Program-made: the position numbers and the translations under genes
Notes under the pieces: model-generated
Told to the model about the DNA's origin: nothing
The model's input: only the letters and a program-made list of their open reading frames with translations
The model's database searches: none
Part shown: positions 1-10,309 of the stretch, in pieces
How the letters are laid out: the number at the start of each line of letters is the position of its first letter
How positions within the stretch are numbered: the first letter of the stretch is position 1
Origin: Candidatus Chazhemtobacterium aquaticus
GTDB lineage: Bacteria; Patescibacteriota; Microgenomatia; UBA1400; Chazhemtobacteraceae
Assembly (NCBI RefSeq): GCF_009936135.1
Contig: NZ_CP047901.1
Location: forward strand, 344,984 to 408,983
Reading direction: 5' to 3'
Length of the DNA stretch: 64,000 nucleotides

Positions 1-90
1 CATAAAATAATCACTTTCTCCCAAGCTCATATTTTCATCTTAAATAAACAGTTTTCGCTCCCTAAGGCGTGCGTGTAAAATACATACACC

Positions 91-1584
91 ATGTCCTCTT
101 CACTCGCCGATCTTTTTACCATCATCAGCCAACACGGACAACCAATAGTCCGCTCACGTGTCTCTAAAGCCTATCACTTCGCCAAACAAGCTCATCAAGG
201 CCAAATACGTCACACTGGTGAACCACTAATCTCCCACCCTCTAGAAACCGCTAAAATCCTTGCTTCCTGGGGCCAGTCAGAATCTGTCATCATAGCCGCC
301 CTCCTTCACGAAACACTGGAACTAGGCAACATCACCCCTGATCAGATAAAACAGCAATTTGGTTCGGATATTGCCACACTTGTCGAGCGCGTCACTCAGG
401 TAGGCCAAGTCAAACTAAGGCACAGCACCAACTCAATCTTCCTCGAGAACGCTCGTAAAATGTTTTTTGCCCTAGCTCAAGATATTCGGGTCGTCTTCAT
501 TCGTCTTGCCGACCGACTTCATAATATGCAAACTCTTGACGCTATCCCCATTAAAAAACAACGTCGTATTGCTCTAGAAACCCTGGAGGTTTATGCCCCC
601 CTTGCCGAAAGACTTGGCATGGGACATCTTAAAGGGGAACTTGAAGATCTCGCCTTCCCCTTTATTTACCCCAAAGAAGCCCTCTGGCTTGACAAAATCG
701 CTGCTCCCCACTTTAGACACGCCCAACACCGACTTCAAAAACAACTTGTCAAACTAAACAAAATTATCAGTAAAGCTGGAATTACCGCTCAAGTCCATGG
801 CCGGCCCAAACATCGCTACAGCCTCTACAAAAAACTCATTCGTCCCGAAATTAATAAGGACATTAACTCTATCCACGACCTCATTGCTCTGCGTATCATC
901 ACCAATACCGAATCAGACTGTTATTCTTGTTTAGGCCTTATTCACAAACACTTCAAACCTGCTCCTCATCTGGGTATCTCCGACTACATCGCCCAGCCCA
1001 AGCCCAACGGTTATCAATCCATCCATACCAGGGTTTTTGACTCTCATGGACATATCATCGAGATCCAGATTCGCACCCAATCCATGCACGAACACGCTGA
1101 ATATGGAGCCGCCGCTCATCATGCATACGCAGAGGCAAAAGCTCACGGAACCAGCGGTTCCCAATTAGAGAACCTAGATACTCATAAACTCATCAAAAAA
1201 ATGGACTGGGTCCATCAGCTCTCTCGTTGGCAGAAAGAACTTAGCTCCGCCTCCGATTTTGTCACCTCCGTTAAACTCGATGCCTTAAGTCACCGCATCT
1301 ATGTTTTCTCCCCGCTAGGGGATGTCTACGATCTTCCTGTTGACGCCACCCCAATAGACTTCGCCTTTGCCGTCCACACCAATTTAATCAATCAAATTCA
1401 AGCCGCCAAGGTCAATGGAAGACTAGTTTCCTTAAGCCACCCCTTAAAGAGTGGTGATTTAGTTGAAATCATCAAAAGTAAATATCCTCGCAAACCCAGT
1501 AAAAACTGGTTAAGCTTTGTCAAAACTCATCGCGCCCGGACTCGCATCACTAAGATACTTCAGAACAAAGATTCGCAAGTATAA
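91..1584 (+). CDS. rel: (p)ppGpp synthetase/hydrolase, short RelA/SpoT (Rel) homologue with N-terminal HD-type domain, RelA_SpoT synthetase domain and TGS domain; lacks the C-terminal ACT/RIS region
   Basis: Rel N-terminal signature (HTGEPLISHP...ALLHETLE), synthetase block (GRPKHRYSLYKK...ALRII...GYQSIHT) and TGS block (IYVFSPLGDV...AKVNGRLVSL). The HD Asp is replaced by Glu (LLHE). Confidence 0.85.
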   Translation: MSSSLADLFTIISQHGQPIVRSRVSKAYHFAKQAHQGQIRHTGEPLISHPLETAKILASWGQSESVIIAALLHETLELGNITPDQIKQQFGSDIATLVERVTQVGQVKLRHSTNSIFLENARKMFFALAQDIRVVFIRLADRLHNMQTLDAIPIKKQRRIALETLEVYAPLAERLGMGHLKGELEDLAFPFIYPKEALWLDKIAAPHFRHAQHRLQKQLVKLNKIISKAGITAQVHGRPKHRYSLYKKLIRPEINKDINSIHDLIALRIITNTESDCYSCLGLIHKHFKPAPHLGISDYIAQPKPNGYQSIHTRVFDSHGHIIEIQIRTQSMHEHAEYGAAAHHAYAEAKAHGTSGSQLENLDTHKLIKKMDWVHQLSRWQKELSSASDFVTSVKLDALSHRIYVFSPLGDVYDLPVDATPIDFAFAVHTNLINQIQAAKVNGRLVSLSHPLKSGDLVEIIKSKYPRKPSKNWLSFVKTHRARTRITKILQNKDSQV

Positions 1585-1629
1585 AACTTTAATCTGCCCA
1601 TCTCTCTAAATATAAGCTAAAATACATCC

Positions 1630-3033
1630 ATGGTCAGGACAATCATCAAAGATACCCCGAACAAGATCGGGGAAGTAGTTACTCTTAACGGCTGGGTTCA
1701 CTCTCGCCGTGACCACGGCAAGATCATCTTCCTAGATTTAAGAGACCGCTCTGGCTTGGTCCAAGTCGTCGGTGACCAGATCCTTGATCCTCTCAAACCC
1801 GAATCAGTCGTTGAGATCACTGGTTTAGTTAAAGCTCGTCCAGAAAAACTAATAAACCCTCATCTTACCACCGGCTCCATCGAAATCGAGGCCCAGTCAG
1901 CCACTCTAATCTCTCCTGCCAAGGACCTACCTCTACCCATCGATAGTGATGGCTATGACATCGATGAATCAGTCAGACTTAAATATCGATACCTCGATCT
2001 TCGTCGCCCTCGACTTCAAAACAATCTTCGTCTCCGCTCCCAACTAGCCAATCTAATTCGCCAACACTTAATTAAACAAGACTTTGTCGAGATCGAGACC
2101 CCCATTCTCACCAAAACCACACCTGAGGGAGCTCGTGATTTTCTCGTCCCCAGCCGACTTCAACCGGGTAACTTCTATGCTCTTCCCCAAAGCCCTCAAC
2201 AATACAAACAGCTGTTAATGGTCGCTGGTATGGAAAGATACTTCCAGTTTGCCCGTTGTTTTCGTGACGAAGATCCTCGTCACGATCGCGCCTATGGTGA
2301 GTTCACCCAACTCGATATCGAACTCTCCTTTGTTACTCAAGAAGACATCCTTCAGCTAACTGAAGAACTCTTTACCACCACCATCCAACAACTTTTCCCC
2401 CACAAACACATCTCCAAATCTCCTTGGCCGCGACTGTCTCACGCCCAAGCCGTTAAAGAATATGGATCCGACAAACCTGACTTACGCCAAGATAAGAACA
2501 ATCCAGACGAATTAAGTTTTGCCTGGGTTCTCGACTTCCCTCTTTTTACTCAACAATCCGACTCCGACTTCTACCATGGCTCTGGATCGGCCAAGTTCGC
2601 CCCCTCTCATCATATGTTCACCGCTCCTCATCCAGAAGACATAAAGCTTCTTGATAGCGACCCTCAAAAAGTTAGAGGTCTTCAACACGACCTGGTTTTA
2701 AATGGATATGAAGTCGGTGGTGGCAGTATTCGTATCCACCAACCTGAAATCCAACAAAAGATCTTTCAGCTGATTGGTTTTACTCCTCAACAGCAAGCCC
2801 AGTTTGAACACCTTCTTACCGCCTTTACCTACGGTGTTCCACCCCACGGTGGCATTGCTCCCGGTCTCGATCGTCTTCTCATGGCCATACTAGGCGAGCC
2901 TAGTTTACGAGAAACCATTGCTTTTCCAGCCAGTGGTTCTGGTCTCACCGCAGTTGTCAACGCCCCGAGTCCAGCCACCACCGAACAGCTAGAGGAACTC
3001 CATCTAGCCATCACCCAACCCAAGAAAAAGTAA
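1630..3033 (+). CDS. aspS: aspartyl-tRNA synthetase, compact class II form without the bacterial GAD insertion domain
   Basis: Class II motifs FYALPQSPQQYKQLLMVAGMERYFQFARCFRDEDPRHDR and GGGSIRIH. At 467 aa it is shorter than the ~590 aa bacterial AspRS. Confidence 0.85.
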   Translation: MVRTIIKDTPNKIGEVVTLNGWVHSRRDHGKIIFLDLRDRSGLVQVVGDQILDPLKPESVVEITGLVKARPEKLINPHLTTGSIEIEAQSATLISPAKDLPLPIDSDGYDIDESVRLKYRYLDLRRPRLQNNLRLRSQLANLIRQHLIKQDFVEIETPILTKTTPEGARDFLVPSRLQPGNFYALPQSPQQYKQLLMVAGMERYFQFARCFRDEDPRHDRAYGEFTQLDIELSFVTQEDILQLTEELFTTTIQQLFPHKHISKSPWPRLSHAQAVKEYGSDKPDLRQDKNNPDELSFAWVLDFPLFTQQSDSDFYHGSGSAKFAPSHHMFTAPHPEDIKLLDSDPQKVRGLQHDLVLNGYEVGGGSIRIHQPEIQQKIFQLIGFTPQQQAQFEHLLTAFTYGVPPHGGIAPGLDRLLMAILGEPSLRETIAFPASGSGLTAVVNAPSPATTEQLEELHLAITQPKKK

Positions 3034-3036
3034 CCC

Positions 3037-4038
3037 ATGCTCCCCTCTTTTCAGACTGACTCAATCGATTACTACCAAAAAAAAGCCTATCTCACTCTCC
3101 TTCAACTAAAAAGAGCGTTCACCCGTCTCCCTGAAGGCAAACGTCTCCTTTTCTTCCTCATAATCCTAACCCTCTTTCTCTATCCCGGCCAAAACTACTG
3201 GCAGACCCTCTCACTCAATCCTACTCAACCAAAAGTAAAAGCTGCCAATATCACCTTAAATCAACCTCTTCCGCCACAACCAGACCAAACTCCGCCTCCA
3301 CGTCTCACTGCTCAAGCCGTCTTTGTTTTTGAGCCAGACTCAGGCACCATCCTTCATCAAATCAATCCAGACACCCGTCTTCATCCAGCCTCTACCACTA
3401 AGATCATGACCGCCCTAACCGCTCTTGACGTTTACTCGCCCAACGACATCCTCACTGTCAAAACTGGCGATCAAGCCATCGGTCAATCAGTCCACCTTGA
3501 AACTGGTCAACAGTTTACCGCCAAAGACCTTCTCTATGCCATCCTAGTCGCCTCTGGTAACGATGCCGCCCTCACTCTGGCTGAGAACTATCCCGACGGC
3601 GGCTACTCTCGTTTTGTCGAGCTTATGAACCAAAAAGCTAAGGACCTTCATCTTAAAAACACCTCCTTCACTAACGTCTCAGGAATAGAAGGTGGCAATC
3701 ACAAAACCACTGTTCACGACCTCGCTATACTCACCAAGGAAGCAATTAATAATCCACTCTTCATGGAAATCGTCAACACTCCCCAAATCACCATTACCGA
3801 CACAACCAACCAAACTCAATATAAACTAGAAACCACCAACCAACTCCTCGGCAAAATCGAAGGCCTAAGAGGCATCAAGACCGGCTGGACCGAAAATGCT
3901 GGTGAATGTCTCATCACTTACGTTGAACGAAACAACAAAAAAATCATCACTGTTGTTCTAAATTCCTCAGACCGTTTCGGAGAAACCAAACAACTCATAG
4001 ACTGGGTCTACTCCCACCACACCTGGCCCAAACAATAA
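3037..4038 (+). CDS. D-alanyl-D-alanine carboxypeptidase (low-MW PBP, peptidase S11) with N-terminal membrane anchor
   Basis: SxxK (ASTTKIMTA), SxN (SGNDAA) and KTG (KTGWT) motifs. Its start lies 4 nt after the aspS stop. Confidence 0.8.
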   Translation: MLPSFQTDSIDYYQKKAYLTLLQLKRAFTRLPEGKRLLFFLIILTLFLYPGQNYWQTLSLNPTQPKVKAANITLNQPLPPQPDQTPPPRLTAQAVFVFEPDSGTILHQINPDTRLHPASTTKIMTALTALDVYSPNDILTVKTGDQAIGQSVHLETGQQFTAKDLLYAILVASGNDAALTLAENYPDGGYSRFVELMNQKAKDLHLKNTSFTNVSGIEGGNHKTTVHDLAILTKEAINNPLFMEIVNTPQITITDTTNQTQYKLETTNQLLGKIEGLRGIKTGWTENAGECLITYVERNNKKIITVVLNSSDRFGETKQLIDWVYSHHTWPKQ

Positions 4039-4049
4039 CCATCACTAGT

Positions 4050-5126
4050 CTACTCCGTTTTAATCACATCACCCCTGATTGCACTTACATAAGCCACCAA
4101 GTCATTATCTCCAGTAAACACATAAATTGGCATCATATACTCTTGTTCTCCGCCTGAATCATAGTAACCCAGTTCAATTCTTCTCACCACGGCCTTGTCT
4201 CCCTGTAGAGACGCAATATACCCCCCACCATTCTTTAACTCCTCCCAAGCCGTCTCCACTGTCTTGATTGGATACTCTCCTGTTAACGTGTAGTCAACCT
4301 CGGTATGGTTGTATCTAACCTCAATAATCTGTTTTTGCTTAATATCACTAGCCCCTGATAGTAACACCGACACAATTCCTTCTTCTGGGTCAGGTGTAAA
4401 AAACCCATACTCAGCCAACACCTCTTTATCCTCTCCCATAATCTGATAATTACTTCTAAACATATCCACCTCCACAAAGTCAGCTTCTGATAAAGAGATT
4501 GTTTCTACCAACCTATCACCCTGAGCCCTCCAGAAACTTACCTTCTTAGGACCATTTAGATCAGCGGGTAACAACGATACCCCCCTCAAAAAACCCTGCG
4601 CATCCATAATTGTCTGTTGCTCTGACACAAAACGTTTACTCACCAACAAGCTTGGGTCAGCCTGCCACTGTCGCTTTAAAGTGAAGTGACCACTAACAAT
4701 ATCTACATCCAAAGTCGCCGGTAGGGGATCAGACTGAGTCCAGCGATACAAGGTCTCACTTGGCTGGGTCGGAGTAAACAAGAAACCTAAACGACTAGCC
4801 AAATCAATCGCCCTGTCAGCATCCAAAAATCCACTTCTTTTACTTGGCGCACTTAAAACAAGCATCCGGTCTGGAAACTTCCCCAATTTTCCTGTCGGTG
4901 TTTGTAAGTCATAAGCAGAAACCGAAACACCAGACTCCGGAAAAGTGATATCAGCCACCCTACCAAACTCCACTCTCGGTGGTGGTAACGGTGCTGGGTG
5001 AGTTGCCTTCCACCAAGACACTACTCCAGTCCCCACAAACCACAACACCAATATGCCCACCAAGCCTATCGATCCATATTTAATCCCTTGTCGAGTGTAG
5101 TATGCTGTTTCCGTCAAAGTGGCCAT
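4050..5126 (-). CDS. hypothetical membrane-anchored extracytoplasmic protein
   Basis: Long ORF with one N-terminal TM (IGLVGILVLWFVGTGVV) and a large soluble C-terminal part. No recognisable catalytic motif. Confidence 0.5.
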   Translation of the reverse strand: MATLTETAYYTRQGIKYGSIGLVGILVLWFVGTGVVSWWKATHPAPLPPPRVEFGRVADITFPESGVSVSAYDLQTPTGKLGKFPDRMLVLSAPSKRSGFLDADRAIDLASRLGFLFTPTQPSETLYRWTQSDPLPATLDVDIVSGHFTLKRQWQADPSLLVSKRFVSEQQTIMDAQGFLRGVSLLPADLNGPKKVSFWRAQGDRLVETISLSEADFVEVDMFRSNYQIMGEDKEVLAEYGFFTPDPEEGIVSVLLSGASDIKQKQIIEVRYNHTEVDYTLTGEYPIKTVETAWEELKNGGGYIASLQGDKAVVRRIELGYYDSGGEQEYMMPIYVFTGDNDLVAYVSAIRGDVIKTE

Positions 5127-5140
5127 ACATAGAGTATACT

Positions 5141-6427
5141 ATGGCCATGGCTACAGTGAGAACTAGAATTGCTCCCAGCCCCACCGGCATTCCTCATATT
5201 GGCAATACCAGAACTGCCCTGTTCAGTTATCTTCTGGCCAAAAAAAACTCCGGCCAGTTTATCCTACGAATCGAAGACACTGATCAGAAACGCCTTGTTC
5301 CCGAGTCACTTGAAGCAATCTACGAAATCCATGATTTTTTAAAACTCATCCCCGATGAAGATCCTCGCAAAGGTGGACCCAGTGGTCCATATATCCAGAC
5401 TCAACGGCTTGACCTTTACCAGAAATACGCCCAAGAACTACTTGAAAAAGGAGTCGCCTATCAAAAAGAAGGTGCCATCAGAATCAAGATGCCCAAGCAA
5501 GGCTATACCTCCTGGAACGATCTCGTCCAAGGAAAAATCAGCATCCCCAACCAAGAAGTTGACGATAAAGTCCTGCTTAAATCAAACGGTATCCCCACCT
5601 ACCACCTTGCCGTGGTCGTAGACGACCATCTTATGAACATCTCCCATATCATCAGAGGAGTCGAGTGGATCTCCTCTACTCCTGTTCATCTCCATCTCTA
5701 TCAGGCCTTAGGTTGGCAAGTCCCCATCATCGCCCATGTTCCTCTGCTTCTTGGACCCGACAAAACCAAGTTAAGCAAACGCCATGGCGCCAAATCAGTC
5801 CTTGAGTACCGTGATGATGGCTATCTCCCCGAAGCTATAAACAACTTCCTCTTCTATCTTGGTAACTCATATCAAGACAACTCAGCCATCCTTACCCTTA
5901 AGCAAATGGCTCAGATTTTCGATGAAACCAAGCTTCAAAAACAAAACGCCATTTTTGATATCGAAAAATTGCAATTTTTCAACAAACAATGGATCAAGCG
6001 CCTCACTCCAGCAGAACTCCTCCCCCGTCTTAAACCCTTCCTTCCTTCCCCTTGGGTAGTCAAGGACTCACTCCTTCTCCAGATTATTCCTCTCACCCAA
6101 GAACGACTTACCACCCTAAAAGACTTCCCCACTCTCACCAATTATTTCTTCTCCTCTCCTGACTACACCTCCATTTCCTTCACCTCTAAACAACACCTCA
6201 TTGATGCCCGCGCAGTCCTAAGTCAAACAGAATGGAACAAATCAGCGATTGAGTCTTCTCTTCAACAACTAACCGATACTCATCAGTACCATCGAGGCCA
6301 ATTTTTCATGGATCTTCGTTTAGCTATAACCGGTCAAAAAATCACCCCACCACTAACTGAGTCCATGCTTATTCTAGGTCAACAGCAGATTCTCTCTCGT
6401 CTTGACACAGTCATTAAGCTAATCTAA
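5141..6427 (+). CDS. gltX: glutamyl-tRNA synthetase (class I)
   Basis: HIGH motif (SPTGIPHIGNTRTALF) and KMSKS-like KLSKR. The start is placed at an internal Met to avoid overlap with the upstream minus-strand gene. Confidence 0.85.
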   Translation: MAMATVRTRIAPSPTGIPHIGNTRTALFSYLLAKKNSGQFILRIEDTDQKRLVPESLEAIYEIHDFLKLIPDEDPRKGGPSGPYIQTQRLDLYQKYAQELLEKGVAYQKEGAIRIKMPKQGYTSWNDLVQGKISIPNQEVDDKVLLKSNGIPTYHLAVVVDDHLMNISHIIRGVEWISSTPVHLHLYQALGWQVPIIAHVPLLLGPDKTKLSKRHGAKSVLEYRDDGYLPEAINNFLFYLGNSYQDNSAILTLKQMAQIFDETKLQKQNAIFDIEKLQFFNKQWIKRLTPAELLPRLKPFLPSPWVVKDSLLLQIIPLTQERLTTLKDFPTLTNYFFSSPDYTSISFTSKQHLIDARAVLSQTEWNKSAIESSLQQLTDTHQYHRGQFFMDLRLAITGQKITPPLTESMLILGQQQILSRLDTVIKLI

Positions 6428-6431
6428 ACCC

Positions 6432-7319
6432 ATGAACCTTGACTCGCTTGCCCAAATCGAAAAAAATCTTCAAAAAAGACAAAGGCGTTACTTAAGCAAC
6501 CTCAAACGACGCAGCAAACCCGCTCAAAAACTCATTGTTCAAAGCAAAATTACCGCTAGTAGTCTACGCCAGAAATCGTCCCAAATCCTAGCCAGCGCCG
6601 GTTTAACTGGAGCCCTACTCTTAACTCCTGCTTCTGCCACCCAGTCGTCTACGCCAACAAATGTCTCCGCCAATAACCAGAACCTTAACCAAGCCCTTTC
6701 TCAAGAACTAGCCGACATCTTCCCTCACTACCCAACTAAACTTGATGATCAGACCGCCCAAAACATCTCCCAAATCATACTTAATAAAACTGGTATCAAG
6801 GCAACCCCGACCCTTGAGGGTCAGAGTCTTAATCATCACATTGGTTACATTGGCTACGAGCAACATCTTAAGCGTTTTCCTGGAGACAACCTTTCTCTCC
6901 ATGATGAAGAGCAGGTCGCTGGTATTGCCCCTGGCCTTGGTGCCTGGGGTTACTTTGCTCCATCCCAAGACCAGTTCACCACCCAAGACTATCTTCGTGA
7001 AAAATACTACTCCGTCGCTCAAACCCTCTACCTCCCCGACTGGAATACCAACTTTCGCTTCTTACGGGACTGGTACAAGTATCGAAAAATCCTCATTGTA
7101 AATCCTGTCAACGGTCAGTCCGTTGTCACAGTTTTAGCCGATGCTGGACCAGCCGAGTGGACTGGTAAACAATTTGGCGCCTCACCCGAAGCCATGAAAG
7201 CTCTTGATCTCCATTTAGGTCCTCGTAAGGGTCTAGTCCTCTTTTTCTTCGTTGATGACCCAGATGATCGTATTCCTTTAGGTCCTGTCAATCAAAAATT
7301 AGATACAAATTCTCTCTAA
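6432..7319 (+). CDS. secreted protein with C-terminal RlpA-like double-psi beta-barrel (DPBB) domain
   Basis: C-terminal block ILIVNPVNGQSVVTVLADAGPAEWTGKQFGASPEAMKALD resembles the RlpA/expansin DPBB fold. N-terminus is basic with a hydrophobic signal-like segment. Confidence 0.5.
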   Translation: MNLDSLAQIEKNLQKRQRRYLSNLKRRSKPAQKLIVQSKITASSLRQKSSQILASAGLTGALLLTPASATQSSTPTNVSANNQNLNQALSQELADIFPHYPTKLDDQTAQNISQIILNKTGIKATPTLEGQSLNHHIGYIGYEQHLKRFPGDNLSLHDEEQVAGIAPGLGAWGYFAPSQDQFTTQDYLREKYYSVAQTLYLPDWNTNFRFLRDWYKYRKILIVNPVNGQSVVTVLADAGPAEWTGKQFGASPEAMKALDLHLGPRKGLVLFFFVDDPDDRIPLGPVNQKLDTNSL

Positions 7320-7324
7320 TAACC

Positions 7325-7648
7325 ATGTCTATTCTTTTCTACGACCATCTAGTTGACATCTCCAGCATCGAAATACGTCTCACTTCTCTTCAGCTTAAAC
7401 CCAAAAAGAAAAACAAATTCAGACAGATGATCGATGACATTCTCCATGCTGGTATTCTCGAATTTATCCTCCAGAAACTCGATTCTCATTATCACCGCAC
7501 CTTTCTTTCTCGTCTCGAGTACGCACCCTATGACCCCGAGCTTCTTGAGTATCTTAAAAAACACATAGACGACCAGATTGAGGCTGAAATAGCCAAAGAA
7601 TCACAACGCATCCAAAAACTCATCCTCAAAGATCTTAAGGGAAAATAG
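7325..7648 (+). CDS. hypothetical protein
   Basis: ORF with coding-like composition in an operon-like arrangement. No recognisable motif. Confidence 0.4.
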   Translation: MSILFYDHLVDISSIEIRLTSLQLKPKKKNKFRQMIDDILHAGILEFILQKLDSHYHRTFLSRLEYAPYDPELLEYLKKHIDDQIEAEIAKESQRIQKLILKDLKGK

Positions 7649-7672
7649 CCATCTGTTACAATTCCACTCATT

Positions 7673-8611
7673 ATGAGCGGGTTGCTTAAAATCATTACCC
7701 CCGTTAACCTCGATCAGGAGTACCACCGATTTATCAACTCCAACCACTATCACCCCGTCTTTAGATACCGCTGGAGATCAAACCTCACCCAACATCTCAA
7801 AAAAAACTCCCCCAAAACCAATCTCATTAAAGCCATTCTCACTCAGGATCATCAGCAAATAACTAACACCGCACAACACCTATTCTCAACCAATATTGAC
7901 CCTCAAATTGTCCGTCTTGCTCAAAAAATTACCGCCTCACCGCCTCCTCGTCTCCGTCACCCCACCATCACCCAGGTTATAAAAGCCTTTAATAAAGCCT
8001 TTCACTATTTTAACCTTGATTATCAAGCAGTTGTTTCCTCTCAATCTGGCTTTAACGTCCGACCCAAACAAACCCAAAAGCTAGTTCTCATCAGTCGCCG
8101 TCTTAATCTAAATTTCTTTTCTCTTTCAGGACTAGTCAAACACGAGCTTTCTCACGTTATCCGCTACGAAAACGGTCTCTTTAATCACCTCAAACGTTCT
8201 CCAGACTATCTTCCCACTGAAGAAGGACTAGCCACCTTTGTCCAAGACCACCAAGGTAGTTGGTCACAAAAATCCAAATTTCAGCATGCCGCCGAATACT
8301 TAGCCAGTGCCATCAGTTTGGATGGTTCTCTACGTGATATCTATGATTTCTTCCGCTCTCTTGGTTTCCCCAAAGAACTAGCCTGGCAGCGAGCTATCCG
8401 TCACAAATTCGGCTTCATCAATACCCGCCAAGCTGGTGGCATCATCAAACCAGCCATGTACTTCAATTTCTCCCAAAAAATCTCTCAGTTAACTCCTCAG
8501 CAAAGACTCAAGCTCTATATTGGCAAAATTTCACTCAATGATCTCTCTCAACACCAAAAATATATCGGTCGATTCACTCCAAAACAAATTCATCACTTTT
8601 TCGAAATTTAA
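7673..8611 (+). CDS. DUF1704/MATCAP-like putative metallopeptidase (HExxH plus EGLA motif)
   Basis: HELSH zinc-binding-type motif is followed ~25 aa later by PTEEGLATF (QEGLA-like), the hallmark of the flavohemoglobin expression-modulating QEGLA/DUF1704 family. Confidence 0.55.
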   Translation: MSGLLKIITPVNLDQEYHRFINSNHYHPVFRYRWRSNLTQHLKKNSPKTNLIKAILTQDHQQITNTAQHLFSTNIDPQIVRLAQKITASPPPRLRHPTITQVIKAFNKAFHYFNLDYQAVVSSQSGFNVRPKQTQKLVLISRRLNLNFFSLSGLVKHELSHVIRYENGLFNHLKRSPDYLPTEEGLATFVQDHQGSWSQKSKFQHAAEYLASAISLDGSLRDIYDFFRSLGFPKELAWQRAIRHKFGFINTRQAGGIIKPAMYFNFSQKISQLTPQQRLKLYIGKISLNDLSQHQKYIGRFTPKQIHHFFEI

Positions 8612-8722
8612 AACCTTTAAAATAATCGCCCTTGAAAAAAACTTGATATGTATGTCAAAATCAATTCAGTACCTCTAACATCGGGGCATCTTTTTAGGAC
8701 TATCATTTGTTTTTGATCAATC

Positions 8723-10309
8723 ATGCGTGTATTAGATAAGCTGTTTAACAAGAAAGATGTTCTTGGTGTCTTCGCTTATCAAAAACATATTTACGCCGCC
8801 ATCAACCACCAATCCAAAACTAGTTTTGCAGTTAGCCGTAATGGCCTTGATTTTGTTTTCAAGACGCGAATTAAATCTGCAACCCTAAAGCAACAATGGC
8901 AAAAAATTCTCAAAAGAAGAATCGTTGAGTACCACCTTTTTAATCACCACCTTGCTCCTGGCAGTGAACGCCTCCATCATCTCAATATCGAAGGTGTTGT
9001 CCGCGAACCCGATCAAATTCTTGTTTTCTTTAACCACCAACCAAAGCCAGGACAACTCGAAACCGGAGTCATTGCCCTAGATCCCCAAAACATTGATAAT
9101 TTACTTTGGCGGGGTACTGAGCCAGTCTGGCAAAGTCCCAAGTCTTGGCAGAATAAAAACATCACTCATCTCGGCCTAGTTAAAATAAAAAACAAGATCT
9201 TAAGTTACTGGAAAATCAAAGGACGTGGACTCGTTGCCGTCTCTCATCCTCACTTTCGCATTGATCAACAAATCTCTATCCAAAAAGCCTGGCTCATCCA
9301 TAAGCACGAAAACAATCCTCTAATCAGCCCTAACCCGGACCACTCTTGGGAATCCTTTACTACTTTCAACCCCGCTGCCACGGTCCTAGCGGGCAACGTT
9401 CATCTTCTTTATCGTGCTCAAGGTCATGACTACCGCTCTGTCTTAGGTTATGCTCGTAGTCAAGACGGTATCAATATTGATCTGACTCTGGATCAACCAG
9501 CCTACCTTCCCCGCAAACCATTTGAAAAAAAGGATCCAGATCTACCCCCATCAACCAAATATTTTTCTGGTGGCGGTACTGAAGGATGTGAAGACCCTCG
9601 TATTACCCGCATCGGTAACCGTCTCTATATGACCTATGTCGCTTTCAATGGCGTAAACCCTCCCCGCATTGCTCTTACCTCCATTAAAATTACTGATTTC
9701 CTTAATCATCGCTGGCTTTGGGAAAAACCCATCCTCATCTCTCCCCCTGGAATCGTCGACAAAAGTGCTTGTATTCTGCCCAAAAAAATCAACAACAAAT
9801 ACGTCATCTTTCACCGCATCTTTCCCGACATCCTAATTGACTACGTTGACTCACTTGATTTCTCCCCTGGCCAGTATCTTCAAGGTCAATATCACATTAA
9901 ACCACGAGGTCCAATGTGGTGGGATAGTCGTAAAATCGGGGTCGGCTCCCCCCCTCTTCTTACCAAAGACGGCTGGCTTCTTATCTATCAAACCGTTGAT
10001 GATAAAAACGCCAACCACTATAAAATCGGTGCCATGATCCTTAAAGCCGACGAGCCCCATGTCGAACTTTACCGTAGCCGTTACCCGATCATGGAGCCAG
10101 ACCAATGGTACGACAATCATGGTTTTAAAGCCGGAGTTGTTTACCCTTGTGGAGCCATTATTCGCAAAAACCAGTTATTCGTATATTATGGAGGAGCGGA
10201 CAGTCATGTCTGCGTCGCCACTGCCAACCTTGACCAGTTTCTTGACCGCCTTAAACAAGGTCAAGCCACAAAATTAGAAAGCACCATTCTGGCAGTCTCA
10301 AGTAAATGA
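8723..10309 (+). CDS. GH130-family (DUF377) glycosidase/phosphorylase-like protein with ~250-aa N-terminal extension of unknown function
   Basis: GGGTEGCEDPRITRIGNRLYMTYVAFNG and downstream beta-propeller blocks (LLIYQTV...YYGGAD) typical of GH130. Confidence 0.7.
   Translation: MRVLDKLFNKKDVLGVFAYQKHIYAAINHQSKTSFAVSRNGLDFVFKTRIKSATLKQQWQKILKRRIVEYHLFNHHLAPGSERLHHLNIEGVVREPDQILVFFNHQPKPGQLETGVIALDPQNIDNLLWRGTEPVWQSPKSWQNKNITHLGLVKIKNKILSYWKIKGRGLVAVSHPHFRIDQQISIQKAWLIHKHENNPLISPNPDHSWESFTTFNPAATVLAGNVHLLYRAQGHDYRSVLGYARSQDGINIDLTLDQPAYLPRKPFEKKDPDLPPSTKYFSGGGTEGCEDPRITRIGNRLYMTYVAFNGVNPPRIALTSIKITDFLNHRWLWEKPILISPPGIVDKSACILPKKINNKYVIFHRIFPDILIDYVDSLDFSPGQYLQGQYHIKPRGPMWWDSRKIGVGSPPLLTKDGWLLIYQTVDDKNANHYKIGAMILKADEPHVELYRSRYPIMEPDQWYDNHGFKAGVVYPCGAIIRKNQLFVYYGGADSHVCVATANLDQFLDRLKQGQATKLESTILAVSSK

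Noticed and set aside
5355-6141. Nested small ORFs inside gltX (5355-5621, 5859-6059, 5935-6141)
   Set aside because: They are alternative-frame or antisense readings within a gene that has clear class I synthetase motifs.
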